56,237 nt of DNA from a virus (taxonomy: Duplodnaviria; Caudoviricetes), in the IMG/VR virus record IMGVR_UViG_3300032462_000007, positions 1-56,237 of that record. One strand, 5' to 3'. The notes under the pieces are model-generated. The model had not been told where the DNA came from, did no database searches, and was given only the letters and a program-made list of their open reading frames with translations. Both the position numbers and the translations under genes were made by a program. Positions 15,894 through 24,796 of the stretch are shown one piece after another. How positions within the stretch are numbered: position 1 is the stretch's first letter; each line of letters begins with the position of its first letter.

Positions 15894-17186
15894 TTATTTC
15901 CCCCTTATATTATTTTTTGTTGAAAGTCCAACGGCTATCTGTGCCACGATTACAGAAGCAACAACAACTTGCTGGGACTCTTTTCTTTTTTCTAGTGTCA
16001 TATCAACACCAATATTGGCAAGGGCTTTTATAGCTTTGCCTGGATCTGTAAAGACTGTTAGTAAAAGTTCTCCTGCGTCTTCAAATATTTCAATTGCATC
16101 AGCAACTTCAGCAGTAAGTATTACACCATTTTTCAACAGAACTGGTTGATCTGGCGGTAAATTTTCATAATCAAGTCCTGAATTTTCAAAATCCTCAAAA
16201 GAGATAGCATCCATTGAACCATATTTAGTCAAAAGTTCTTCAAGAGTTTGCTCTTTAGTTAGTTCATTATTTATGATATTATTATTAGATGAAGGAATTT
16301 CTATCTCAATTGGACCAGGAGTTATCGGGGTTGGAGTAGGTGAAGGCTCTGTCGGAAATTGTGAAGTTTGTGAGGGTTCTGGGCTTGGCTCTGATGGTTG
16401 GGGTGACGGCACTACTGTTGGCGCTGGTTCTGATTGTTGGGGTGACGGCACTACTGTTGGCGCTGGTTCTGATGATTGCTCTGTCTCAGGGATGGCAGTA
16501 GGAGTTGGAGTAGGCTCAATAGGGCAGGGAGACGGTTCATAGACTGTGCTACCATCCCAACACTGTATTGGAATAGCAGGAGGATCTGTAAAACTTGGAG
16601 ATGTTTGCTGAGGCTCCGCTTCTGTCGGTGTTCCACCGTTTACATCAAAGGCTGCTTCCATTGTTACGATAGGTCCGCCTTGTACATATCTAATGCCCCT
16701 TCTAATGTTGTTTGGTGTCCAACCAAGTGTTGTAATTTCTCCATGCCAAGATCCGTTGCTAAACTTATTAATAACCAGTCTAATTTGTGTTAGCTCACCA
16801 GTAGATTGTGGAAATGGGCGAACCGACCATTCAATACAAAATGAAGAATCGTTATATCCATACGAGGTATAAGCTCCTTCTCCGAAGGACACCCAGTCGT
16901 AACCAGCCAAGGACACAGATGGGGTTTCTGGATAGTCCCAGAATGTACCATCTGGCTGACCAAAAGTCATTGTTCCATTTGTACTATAATAAACTTGATT
17001 GTAATCAGTTTCACCCAATGTCAAACTAAATGGTAAATTCATTTGGAACGAACCATCGTCATCACCAGTTTGAGTAACCATGTTGCATGTGAGCGGGGTG
17101 CTTGCTTGCGTTGCTGGAACTACAAACAACAATATACTACCAAGTATCATTGGAATTAAAATTAGGTAGGAAGTTATTTTTTTCAA
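15894..17186 (-). CDS. Secreted/surface protein with beta-rich N domain, Pro-rich stalk and C-terminal hydrophobic anchor
   Basis: Signal peptide; GDDDGSF..NLPFSL...YYSTNGTMTFG (NIDO-like); P/T/S/E-rich linker; VVVASVIVAQIAVGL. Confidence 0.75.
   Translation of the reverse strand: MKKITSYLILIPMILGSILLFVVPATQASTPLTCNMVTQTGDDDGSFQMNLPFSLTLGETDYNQVYYSTNGTMTFGQPDGTFWDYPETPSVSLAGYDWVSFGEGAYTSYGYNDSSFCIEWSVRPFPQSTGELTQIRLVINKFSNGSWHGEITTLGWTPNNIRRGIRYVQGGPIVTMEAAFDVNGGTPTEAEPQQTSPSFTDPPAIPIQCWDGSTVYEPSPCPIEPTPTPTAIPETEQSSEPAPTVVPSPQQSEPAPTVVPSPQPSEPSPEPSQTSQFPTEPSPTPTPITPGPIEIEIPSSNNNIINNELTKEQTLEELLTKYGSMDAISFEDFENSGLDYENLPPDQPVLLKNGVILTAEVADAIEIFEDAGELLLTVFTDPGKAIKALANIGVDMTLEKRKESQQVVVASVIVAQIAVGLSTKNNIRGK
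16390..16474. repeat. 39-bp tandem duplication encoding SEPAPTVVPSPQ
   Basis: Units at 16397 and 16436. Confidence 0.85.
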
Positions 17187-17271
17187 CTTGTTCTATAGAC
17201 CCCTTGTTAGATTTATATCTAACAAGTCTATTATATCATTGGTAATTAATTCATCATGCTATTATTGATAA

Positions 17272-17445
17272 ATGGAAGATTTTTTAAAAGACTTGGATCA
17301 AGAATTAGACTCTAAGTTGAATTTAGAATTGATGGTAATGGAAATGACATCTTTGTCAAAGGAATTAAATATAGAATTACAAGATGTTCTTGAATGTGTT
17401 ACAGAGATTCTAAAAGAAGTTAAGGTTCAGAAGGATCCTGAATAG
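17272..17445 (+). CDS. Small acidic protein (57 aa), lone + strand gene in the - strand arm
   Basis: TGCTATTAT extended -10 then ATG 6 nt later; MEDFLKDLDQELDSKLNLELMVMEM... Confidence 0.5.
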   Translation: MEDFLKDLDQELDSKLNLELMVMEMTSLSKELNIELQDVLECVTEILKEVKVQKDPE

Positions 17446-17446
17446 T

Positions 17447-17474
17447 GGATAGTTTTATTACTTGTCCAGGTAAC
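17447..17474 (-). ncRNA. Compact pseudoknot motif, copy 6
   Basis: GTTAC-CTGGACAA-GTAAT-AAAAC-TATCC on - strand. Confidence 0.5.
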
Positions 17475-17505
17475 TTTCCATCCTAAGGAAACTTATACTA
17501 AAACT

Positions 17506-18045
17506 CTAAGCCTTTATTCCATAAAAATATAGGTCATGGGATACTTTGTTGTATTCAAATAAATACTCTGAGAAACTTATTTCCTTCATTACTTTTTCGA
17601 AGTCTTTTTCATTTAAATTTTTATAATATTCCCATCCCGCATTTATGGTAAAAGGTGAACATTCTGGGGCAGATCTTGAGGTTCCATGCTCCCCTCTTCC
17701 GTTTGAAGCGCATGTGAATGTAACCAAGCCTCCAGGTTTTGTAATTCTATGCATGTTTACAAAAGTTTCTTCCCAGTAAGGATTGTGCTCAAAGCATTCA
17801 GAAGATATAGAGGTGTCAAATGTATTGTCTGGTTCGTAAAATTTTTTTCCTTCACATACTACGTCAACCCCAGGACCATTTTCTAAATCTATTCCTACAT
17901 ACCTTTTTGAATTTGTAAACAGGTCTCTTACTGTTCCATTTATATTTAGAGACCCTATCTCCACAACAGAGGTGTTGTTAAAACTATCAGGAAACATAGA
18001 TTTTATTTTTATAAAATAGACTTTCTGTTCCAAATGAGCCATTAT
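17506..18045 (-). CDS. Class I SAM-dependent methyltransferase
   Basis: VVEIGSLNING, YVGIDL..GPGVD, FD..ISSECFEH, KPGG; likely start MAHLEQ just after the ftsZ stop. Confidence 0.85.
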   Translation of the reverse strand: MMAHLEQKVYFIKIKSMFPDSFNNTSVVEIGSLNINGTVRDLFTNSKRYVGIDLENGPGVDVVCEGKKFYEPDNTFDTSISSECFEHNPYWEETFVNMHRITKPGGLVTFTCASNGRGEHGTSRSAPECSPFTINAGWEYYKNLNEKDFEKVMKEISFSEYLFEYNKVSHDLYFYGIKA

Positions 18046-18046
18046 G

Positions 18047-18979
18047 CTATCTGTCGAATCCAGTTGCGACAACTGTTACTAAGATTCCTTCACCAAGCGA
18101 CTCATCATCAACTGTTCCAAATATAATAGTTGCATCCTCATGTGCCTTATTTGATACAAGAGTTGCAATATGATTAACTTCTGATAATTTTATATCTGTT
18201 GAACCTGCAATTGAAATAAGAACTCCAGTAGCACCATTTAAATCTATCTCTAATATTGGACTTGTAATTGCTTGATTACCAGCTTTTTCAGCACGATCTT
18301 CGCCTTCTGCATAGCCAATACCCATAAACGCCGTACCAGCATCTTTCATAATCTTTCTAATATCAGCAAAGTCAATATTTATTTTTCCAGGGGTTGTTAC
18401 TAAATCTGATATACATGCTACAGCCTTTAACAAAACATTGTCAGCCTCTTTAAAAGCATCTTCCATAGTAATGTCTGGATCAAGCATAGCAATTAAATTC
18501 TCATTTGGTATAGTTATTAGAGTATCTACTTCATTTTTAAGATTAGCAATACCTTCAAGAGCAAAAGCCATTCTTACTTTCCCTTCAAATGAAAATGGTT
18601 TTGTAACAACTCCAATTGTAAGAGCTCCTGTAGATTTTGCACATTTTGCAACTACTGGTGCAGACCCTGTTCCAGTTCCGCCACCCATTCCCGCAGTAAC
18701 AAATACTACATCTGCGCCTTCAACAACTTCTTTTAATTGATCAACACTATCTTTTGCAGAAAGTCTTCCAATTTCAGGATTTGAACCAGCTCCAAGTCCA
18801 CCAGTTCTTTCTCTCCCAATGTCTATTTTTACATCAGCGAAACTTGGCATCAATGCTTGTATATCAGTATTGATAGCAATGAACTCAACTCCAGAAAGTC
18901 CTGCTTCAATCATACCGTTGACAGCATTAACACCGCCACCACCGCAGCCTATAACTTTTATATTTATTAATTTACTCAT
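18047..18979 (-). CDS. ftsZ: Cell division GTPase FtsZ, core domain only
   Basis: VIGCGGGGVNAV, AINTD, GMGGGTGTG tubulin signature, T7 loop INIDFAD; ends at VATGFDR. Confidence 0.95.
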   Translation of the reverse strand: MSKLINIKVIGCGGGGVNAVNGMIEAGLSGVEFIAINTDIQALMPSFADVKIDIGRERTGGLGAGSNPEIGRLSAKDSVDQLKEVVEGADVVFVTAGMGGGTGTGSAPVVAKCAKSTGALTIGVVTKPFSFEGKVRMAFALEGIANLKNEVDTLITIPNENLIAMLDPDITMEDAFKEADNVLLKAVACISDLVTTPGKINIDFADIRKIMKDAGTAFMGIGYAEGEDRAEKAGNQAITSPILEIDLNGATGVLISIAGSTDIKLSEVNHIATLVSNKAHEDATIIFGTVDDESLGEGILVTVVATGFDR

Positions 18980-19147
18980 ATATTCTATTATACCTTAAGT
19001 CTTCTCAACGTCTTCTTTCAATCTGACCCACATTAACCGAGTCTCTTCAATCTTAACCATAGCATCGAGAACTGATAATTCCATTAATTCATCTACGTCC
19101 ATGCCCATAACTCCAGCATATTTTATCATCTTATTTAAAATCATATA

Positions 19148-19348
19148 CTATACACTCTCCGCTATGATATAAAATGCTTCTGCAAATGCGGCATTCTCAG
19201 TAGCAAGATCCACTACATGAGAAGGATCTGGACCAGTTATTCTGGCAGATAAATATACTTTTAAAGATTCTGAATAAATCTTTACAAATTCATCTACTGT
19301 GTAGTATTTTGGCACCTTTTCTTGTGTTTTCATATTCATTTTTTCCAT
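19148..19348 (-). CDS. Hypothetical protein
   Basis: ORF in the - strand operon. Confidence 0.55.
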   Translation of the reverse strand: MEKMNMKTQEKVPKYYTVDEFVKIYSESLKVYLSARITGPDPSHVVDLATENAAFAEAFYIIAESV

Positions 19349-19986
19349 TCTATTAATAGTTTATTGTGTTTACTTCTATTACAGGCTCTACAAGCTGGGA
19401 CAAGGTTGCCAATTGAGTGCTGGCCACCCCTGCTTATTGGCACAACATGATCTGCCTCAACATTTTCTCCTGATCCACAGTAGAAACATGGTGAATTATA
19501 AAGCCTTACTAGTTCTTTCTTAGATATTTTGTATGTACCATTATTAAGTTTTTGTGCTCTGCGCTTGGCATTGTTATTTCTCATCTCATCAGCGTTGTTT
19601 AGGCGATACTGCTTGTAATAAGCCCTTTTGCTATCAACATTTTCTAAATGATATTGCTTGTTATAAATCTTTTTATTTTCAGCATGATCTAATCGATACT
19701 GTTTGAACTTATCAATATTTTCTAATCTGTATCGCTTCTTTTGCTCTTTTATCATATCAATATTTTCTATGTAATACCGCTTGTAATAAGCCCTTTTGCT
19801 ATCAATATTTTCTAAATAATATTGCTTGTCATAAATCTTTATGTTTTCGGCATTTTCCAAGTCGTATTGTTTTTTATAAATCTTTACACAACTTTTACAA
19901 GAGCTCTTAAGACCACTATTATTCCTTTTGTCTTTGTGAAAGCTATCAAAAGATTTTAAGACTTTGCATGTGCTACAAATTTTCAT
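19336..19986 (-). CDS. HNH homing endonuclease
   Basis: N-terminal CxxC..CxxC, Y/K-rich repeats (about 70-bp duplication at 19611 and 19779), CFYC..DHVVPISRGG.HSIGNLVPACRACNRSK. Confidence 0.9.
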   Translation of the reverse strand: MKICSTCKVLKSFDSFHKDKRNNSGLKSSCKSCVKIYKKQYDLENAENIKIYDKQYYLENIDSKRAYYKRYYIENIDMIKEQKKRYRLENIDKFKQYRLDHAENKKIYNKQYHLENVDSKRAYYKQYRLNNADEMRNNNAKRRAQKLNNGTYKISKKELVRLYNSPCFYCGSGENVEADHVVPISRGGQHSIGNLVPACRACNRSKHNKLLIEWKK

Positions 19987-19990
19987 ATTT

Positions 19991-20188
19991 CTATTCTAAC
20001 ATTCCCCTTATGATGTCTATACACATTTTTATTTCGTATGTATGTGAGCCTACGGCATCTCTCGAATCTTTTAACCATTCAAGCTTGTGGATAACTGTTC
20101 TTAAAGTATTTTGTCTAATAAAATCAGTAGTATAAGTTAATTCTTTTACCTGATCTCGATAGTAGTAAATGTCATCACACATATTCAT
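19991..20188 (-). CDS. Hypothetical protein
   Basis: Packed, overlapping operon. Confidence 0.6.
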   Translation of the reverse strand: MNMCDDIYYYRDQVKELTYTTDFIRQNTLRTVIHKLEWLKDSRDAVGSHTYEIKMCIDIIRGMLE

Positions 20189-20393
20189 CCGATATTGTCA
20201 TTTGATTGTGTGACACAGTTAGTTTATCCTCTTCATCCTCTTCATCATCTTCATAATCATCCCAAACCGCAGTATACATTTCTGCGTATGGGTTTGCAAC
20301 TTTTGATATCCAAGAAGATAAATTCATAGCCTGATCTGCTACCCAGCTAACCAATAGTCCTTTAGTTACTTCTCTTTCCTTTTTAAATTCCAT
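20175..20393 (-). CDS. Hypothetical acidic protein
   Basis: GAGGGG RBS. Confidence 0.6.
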   Translation of the reverse strand: MEFKKEREVTKGLLVSWVADQAMNLSSWISKVANPYAEMYTAVWDDYEDDEEDEEDKLTVSHNQMTISDEYV

Positions 20394-20682
20394 TTGATTC
20401 CCCTCTCATTCTGTCAATGGTATCTGTCAAGTTAACTCTAAATATAAACATTTTAACCTTATCAAAAATACTTGGTTTTACTACATTATATCTTACTATT
20501 AATTTTAGTTTGGCAAATCCCATTGGACATCCTGGAATAATTTCTATAAATGGCTCTCCAATTAACATCGGATCTAATTTAATAACATTTATTGCATATT
20601 CTGATATTAAAGTAATGTCTAAATCTTCTGCAATGTCATAGGAGGCTGTCTTATTTACAACTCTTAATTCTTGTTCATTCAT
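20383..20682 (-). CDS. Hypothetical protein
   Basis: GGAG RBS, ATGA overlap. Confidence 0.65.
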   Translation of the reverse strand: MNEQELRVVNKTASYDIAEDLDITLISEYAINVIKLDPMLIGEPFIEIIPGCPMGFAKLKLIVRYNVVKPSIFDKVKMFIFRVNLTDTIDRMRGESNGI

Positions 20683-20954
20683 TCTAACTCCAAGGCTTGT
20701 ATAGCTTTCATAATACAGATATTTGCACCATCACCATAACGGTGCTTGAACATCAATCCCCGATCTAACCAGTTCTGAACCCACAGAGGCTCTTCCCCTT
20801 GAACTACAAGATAGGTATTAATATCATTTTCATCAGTTCCGCCTTCGTGCCTACCAATATGAATTTCATGTAGCAGAATGTCATTTAATTTAACAGCTAT
20901 ATGTAGTGGCATTTTATTTCTCCATCCATTCTTTTTTTCGGCATTAGTAGCCAT
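20679..20954 (-). CDS. Hypothetical protein
   Basis: F.HRYGDGA..C..KAI motif; start may be MPLH. Confidence 0.6.
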   Translation of the reverse strand: MATNAEKKNGWRNKMPLHIAVKLNDILLHEIHIGRHEGGTDENDINTYLVVQGEEPLWVQNWLDRGLMFKHRYGDGANICIMKAIQALELE

Positions 20955-21519
20955 TTACAACCATGTTCTACGCTACTCTGCAACCAGTTCCCTCACTACC
21001 CTCTATACCCCCCACCTTTTGTTCCCTCTTTATAGGCTTTCGCTGTTTCCTATACCTTTTAACGTATGAGTTATAGGTTTAGATAAGTTCCTTTAATGTC
21101 AGTCCGCCTTGAATTGCGTGGTGTCTCTTAATCACTTGTCATTTCTGGTGCAGTTGTTCTACACGTTCCACTTGTGCTTCTAACTCACGGATTCTTTTCT
21201 TACTAAACATTTTCTGTGTAGTGCATTTCTAATCTCTATCTAATAGTTTAATCGTTTGGCAAGGATATTCTTGATATCCACTTCTATGACAAATGACACA
21301 ATATCCATCTTCTTCTTTATGAAGATCATAGATATCACTTATTTTCTGGGATAGTTTTAATATCGTTCCCTCGAAATATTCAACTGTCTTAAACATTAGC
21401 AGTATGCTCCAACTTGTCCTTTGTGCATCGTTCTAATATGATTAATTAAATCTAAGATATCTATAAAGCTTTCTTCACACATATAACATTCGTTAAATAC
21501 TTCTTTTTTGTCAGTCATT

Positions 21520-21783
21520 TCAATACTCATCCTCTATGATATTTGGAGTATATTCGCCCAGCCAGGCACCAATACAATTATAACCTATATATTCAAGGGC
21601 TTCGTCTTCATCCATACCATCACGGTCAACAAGAACTTTTATCATGCCTGACAGGGAGTAGTTAGCCAGCCTTAACTGCCCACATCTCTGGGAGAATCCA
21701 ATAAAGGCTTCGTCAAACCCGTCTATAGTCAGGATTTCTTCATCCATAGAAGAGAATATCTCCTCTAATTGTTCCTTATTCAT
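21520..21783 (-). CDS. Conserved phage protein
   Basis: DGFDEAFIG...DGM.EDEALEY..YN..GAW.GE.TP. Confidence 0.75.
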   Translation of the reverse strand: MNKEQLEEIFSSMDEEILTIDGFDEAFIGFSQRCGQLRLANYSLSGMIKVLVDRDGMDEDEALEYIGYNCIGAWLGEYTPNIIEDEY

Positions 21784-21957
21784 TATTACTCCTTATGACA
21801 TTTACATGCACATTTGTATAATTTGTTTGTTAATTCGCTATGAAATTGTTTCTTACATATTTTGTGACTTTCTTTTTTTTCTGTTACGCCACACCAACTA
21901 AATTTTACAGTTTCAACTATTCCATATGCTGGTATTGGTGCTGATACTTTTCTCTGT

Positions 21958-22131
21958 TTAGCCACCAGTTGTATAAAATCCTTTTCCTTTGAAGTGAATT
22001 CCACTTACATTAAATACTCTTTTAATTCTGCCACCACAGTCAGGACACGAATGTGGGTCAGGGTCTTTCATTCCTTTTACCAACTCTTTATCTTCTTCAC
22101 ACACTTTGCATGAATAGATGTAAACTGGCAT
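21958..22131 (-). CDS. FmdB-family zinc-ribbon protein (57 aa, not in track), leaderless
   Basis: MPVYIYSCKVC...CPDCGG.IKRVF...GIHFKGKGFYTTGG; TTGACA-N17-TATTAT promoter 6 nt upstream. Confidence 0.85.
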   Translation of the reverse strand: MPVYIYSCKVCEEDKELVKGMKDPDPHSCPDCGGRIKRVFNVSGIHFKGKGFYTTGG

Positions 22132-22171
22132 ATCTCTATAATACCAGAATTTTAGCTATTTGTCAATATAT

Positions 22172-22197
22172 GGAAATGCCCCCCTTTCGGGGGGCAT
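22172..22197 (-). terminator. Intrinsic terminator after ssb
   Basis: ATGCCCCCC-GAAA-GGGGGGCAT followed by TT. Confidence 0.75.
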
Positions 22198-22207
22198 CCC
22201 TTAACTA

Positions 22208-22618
22208 TTAAGCCCAAACATCAGGCAGTTCGTTGTCAACAGAGACAATGTTGTTCACAACATTACTGGCCTTATTAAAAGTGCCAGCCTTGATTGATAA
22301 TGATTGTCCAATATCGCTTGCATCGATCTCAAAGGCATTTCCTCGAGTTCCGTCCTTGCGGTCAAATTCACGATACTTCAATTTGCCGTGAACAATTACC
22401 TTATTGCCCTTTGACAAGTTCTTAGAAACATTTTCTGCCAATGTTCTCCAGCATACAACATCATAGAAGGCTGTATCGCCATCAACCCATGTGCCGCTGG
22501 CATCTTGAAATCTTTCTGTACTTGCTAGCCGTAGCTTTGTTAGAACTTTGCCATTTCCCAGATCTTTTAGCTCGGGGTCTTTTACCAAATTTCCTATAAC
22601 TGTTATTTGTGTTGCCAT
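22208..22618 (-). CDS. ssb: Single-stranded DNA-binding protein (bacterial OB type)
   Basis: ITVIGNLVKDPEL, FYDVVCWR.LAEN...L.KG..VIVHGKL. Confidence 0.92.
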   Translation of the reverse strand: MATQITVIGNLVKDPELKDLGNGKVLTKLRLASTERFQDASGTWVDGDTAFYDVVCWRTLAENVSKNLSKGNKVIVHGKLKYREFDRKDGTRGNAFEIDASDIGQSLSIKAGTFNKASNVVNNIVSVDNELPDVWA

Positions 22619-22636
22619 TTCTTTCTTCTCTTTTCT

Positions 22637-22882
22637 CTACTTGTTAGGGTAGGTTATGTCGAGAATTGGGTCGAACGTTACTTGTGCTCCCAATTTCTCC
22701 AGTATTTCTCTTATACCCATCATATATTTTATGCGAGTAAGTCTTTCTGCATCAGACAAATGTCTCCAATGACTTTCATAGAATTGAATACCAAGGAATT
22801 TATCATAGTCAACTATATCCATATGAAAATCTGCAGGTGGTTTTATTGAATGTACCGCCTTTTTCATATTCGATGTATACAT
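22637..22882 (-). CDS. Hypothetical protein
   Basis: TAATG coupling to whiB. Confidence 0.7.
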   Translation of the reverse strand: MYTSNMKKAVHSIKPPADFHMDIVDYDKFLGIQFYESHWRHLSDAERLTRIKYMMGIREILEKLGAQVTFDPILDITYPNK

Positions 22883-23163
22883 TATTCTTTTTCCATTGTC
22901 ATTCCAGACCAGATATCAAACCAGTCTGTTTTTTCTTTATGACTATTAAATTCTTTAGATATCTTTCCGCCCTCTAAATAAACGCCGCCCCACACACCCC
23001 ACTCAGAATTACTAACTCCGTAAGCGAGGCACTGTCTTTGTGCTGGACAACTTATACATAATAGGTCTACTTTCTTTGAGACTTCCTTGTCTTCTTCATA
23101 TTGATCAAAAAACAAGTTGGTATCCATATTAAGACAGGATGCTTTTTCATCGAACTTGTACAT
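22882..23163 (-). CDS. whiB: WhiB-family transcription factor
   Basis: Four-Cys pattern (C, CxxC, C), LFF, GVWGG. Confidence 0.92.
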   Translation of the reverse strand: MYKFDEKASCLNMDTNLFFDQYEEDKEVSKKVDLLCISCPAQRQCLAYGVSNSEWGVWGGVYLEGGKISKEFNSHKEKTDWFDIWSGMTMEKE

Positions 23164-23377
23164 CGCCCTTCCTTAATATAGAATCTGGAATATCCCAAGA
23201 CCCATTATGATTTTTAAACACAAGTTTCTTATGCCATTTAGAATTGACAAAAGCTGCATCATTCTTTAAACTAAAACTGTCATCTTCTTGAAGGAATATT
23301 ACATTCCAACCTTCCCATCCAAGAAAGGAGCTTTTACTTACTATTGACTCCATTTCTTGCAAATCAGATATTTTCAT
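23147..23377 (-). CDS. Hypothetical protein
   Basis: WEGWNV motif, packed operon. Confidence 0.7.
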   Translation of the reverse strand: MKISDLQEMESIVSKSSFLGWEGWNVIFLQEDDSFSLKNDAAFVNSKWHKKLVFKNHNGSWDIPDSILRKGDVQVR

Positions 23378-23627
23378 TCATAGACCTTCCTGTACTAATG
23401 ATAACTGTTACAAATGTAATGATGAATTGAAATATGAACATTAAGACAAATCCTATTTGATTTGTTGCCAGTCCGTACCAGAGTATTGCTACTTGATTTA
23501 TTATCCAAAAGGATATCATCGCTGCAATTTTTGCTACACTTATTTTAAAGGTAACTGCAATAAACATTGATAGATAGAATAGTGCGTATGTTGCGAAGAT
23601 CACTAAAGACCATATTGTTAGACTCAT
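23364..23627 (-). CDS. Membrane protein
   Basis: Three hydrophobic segments. Confidence 0.7.
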   Translation of the reverse strand: MSLTIWSLVIFATYALFYLSMFIAVTFKISVAKIAAMISFWIINQVAILWYGLATNQIGFVLMFIFQFIITFVTVIISTGRSMNENI

Positions 23628-23981
23628 TTAATATCTAAATATTCCTACTTCTACACCCTCTTGGTGCTTCATGTGCGTTGCAAATTTTGACAACGGCTCT
23701 TTTGGTAGACTGAAATATGCGTAGTATGTAATATGTTCAATATTTTGCCTTACCCATTGTTCAGTAGTTTTAGAGAAAGATAATTTAAAGCCTTTACCCT
23801 TTAAATAATCTTCTGAGGTATTACAAAATCCAGCAGTGAAGTTATTAATCTTATGTGGACCAAGACTCCATACCTGAATTTCACTATCCTCATTTGGTGT
23901 TGACAAAGCCACACCCATTGCTCTCATAAAAACTTCATAATCAGAGAACATCTTTGTTCCCTCAACTACAATAACCATCAT
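23628..23981 (-). CDS. Hypothetical protein, possibly SLOG/YspA-like
   Basis: IVVEGTK.FSDY..F N-terminus; promoter TTGACA-N17-TATAAT at 24003-24031 overlaps the track start. Confidence 0.5.
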   Translation of the reverse strand: MMVIVVEGTKMFSDYEVFMRAMGVALSTPNEDSEIQVWSLGPHKINNFTAGFCNTSEDYLKGKGFKLSFSKTTEQWVRQNIEHITYYAYFSLPKEPLSKFATHMKHQEGVEVGIFRY

Positions 23982-24037
23982 AACTCTTTTCTCTCTATGT
24001 ATATTATACATTCTTCTGTGACAAATGTCAACTTACA

Positions 24038-24400
24038 TTAGCTATTTAGGCTATCGATTACTGATACCAAGGCAGTGACTTCTTTTTCTGAGAGACTAAA
24101 AACGTCTACCCTTTCGGCATCTTGATTAAGAATCTTCCCATCTTTATCTATATCTGCTTTGTATAGTATATTTTCTATAGACCAGTAGGCCTTATTATCT
24201 CTAATGGCAACCTTTACAGATCCATTATCTAAAATTTTAGATACCTGACTTTGTCTTGTGTATGCCCTAAATCCTACTGGGAATTCTTCTTCTTTATATT
24301 TTTGAATTAAGCATGTTATTAAAACGATTAAGTTTATTGCAAATAAATTGATTGCTATCAAGCACCCTGACATTTTTTGCAACGGAGAAAGACTTTCCAT
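24038..24400 (-). CDS. Membrane-anchored hypothetical protein
   Basis: GGAGG RBS, N-terminal TM segment. Confidence 0.65.
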   Translation of the reverse strand: MESLSPLQKMSGCLIAINLFAINLIVLITCLIQKYKEEEFPVGFRAYTRQSQVSKILDNGSVKVAIRDNKAYWSIENILYKADIDKDGKILNQDAERVDVFSLSEKEVTALVSVIDSLNS

Positions 24401-24436
24401 TTTTAGCCTCCAATAGTTCTATACATCTATTATATC

Positions 24437-24796
24437 TTATTTTTGATTGTAACGACTTAAAATTGCTTCAAGAAAAAATCTTTCATCATCAGTAAAGGTA
24501 AGAATATTCTCTTGTATATAATCAATTTGTTCCAGCGTTACTGAGACAGAAGTCTCTCCCTCGGTAAAATCAACCTCAACTATGTCTTGCATCCAAAGAC
24601 CTTTTGCTATTTCACCCAGAGCTTCGTAGTGTGAGTAATAAAATTCTGGATACATCTCTTTACACTGTGGAGTTATCTGATAAGTAAATGTGTCCGATAT
24701 TGAATCATATCCAAAAATTTCTAGAGCCCCTAATTTAATTAAATGTTCAATAGTTTCTGACAATTCTTCCTCATAAAATTCTTCATTGTATTCCAT
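24437..24796 (-). CDS. Hypothetical acidic protein
   Basis: Overlaps the end of the IMPDH gene. Confidence 0.65.
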   Translation of the reverse strand: MEYNEEFYEEELSETIEHLIKLGALEIFGYDSISDTFTYQITPQCKEMYPEFYYSHYEALGEIAKGLWMQDIVEVDFTEGETSVSVTLEQIDYIQENILTFTDDERFFLEAILSRYNQK

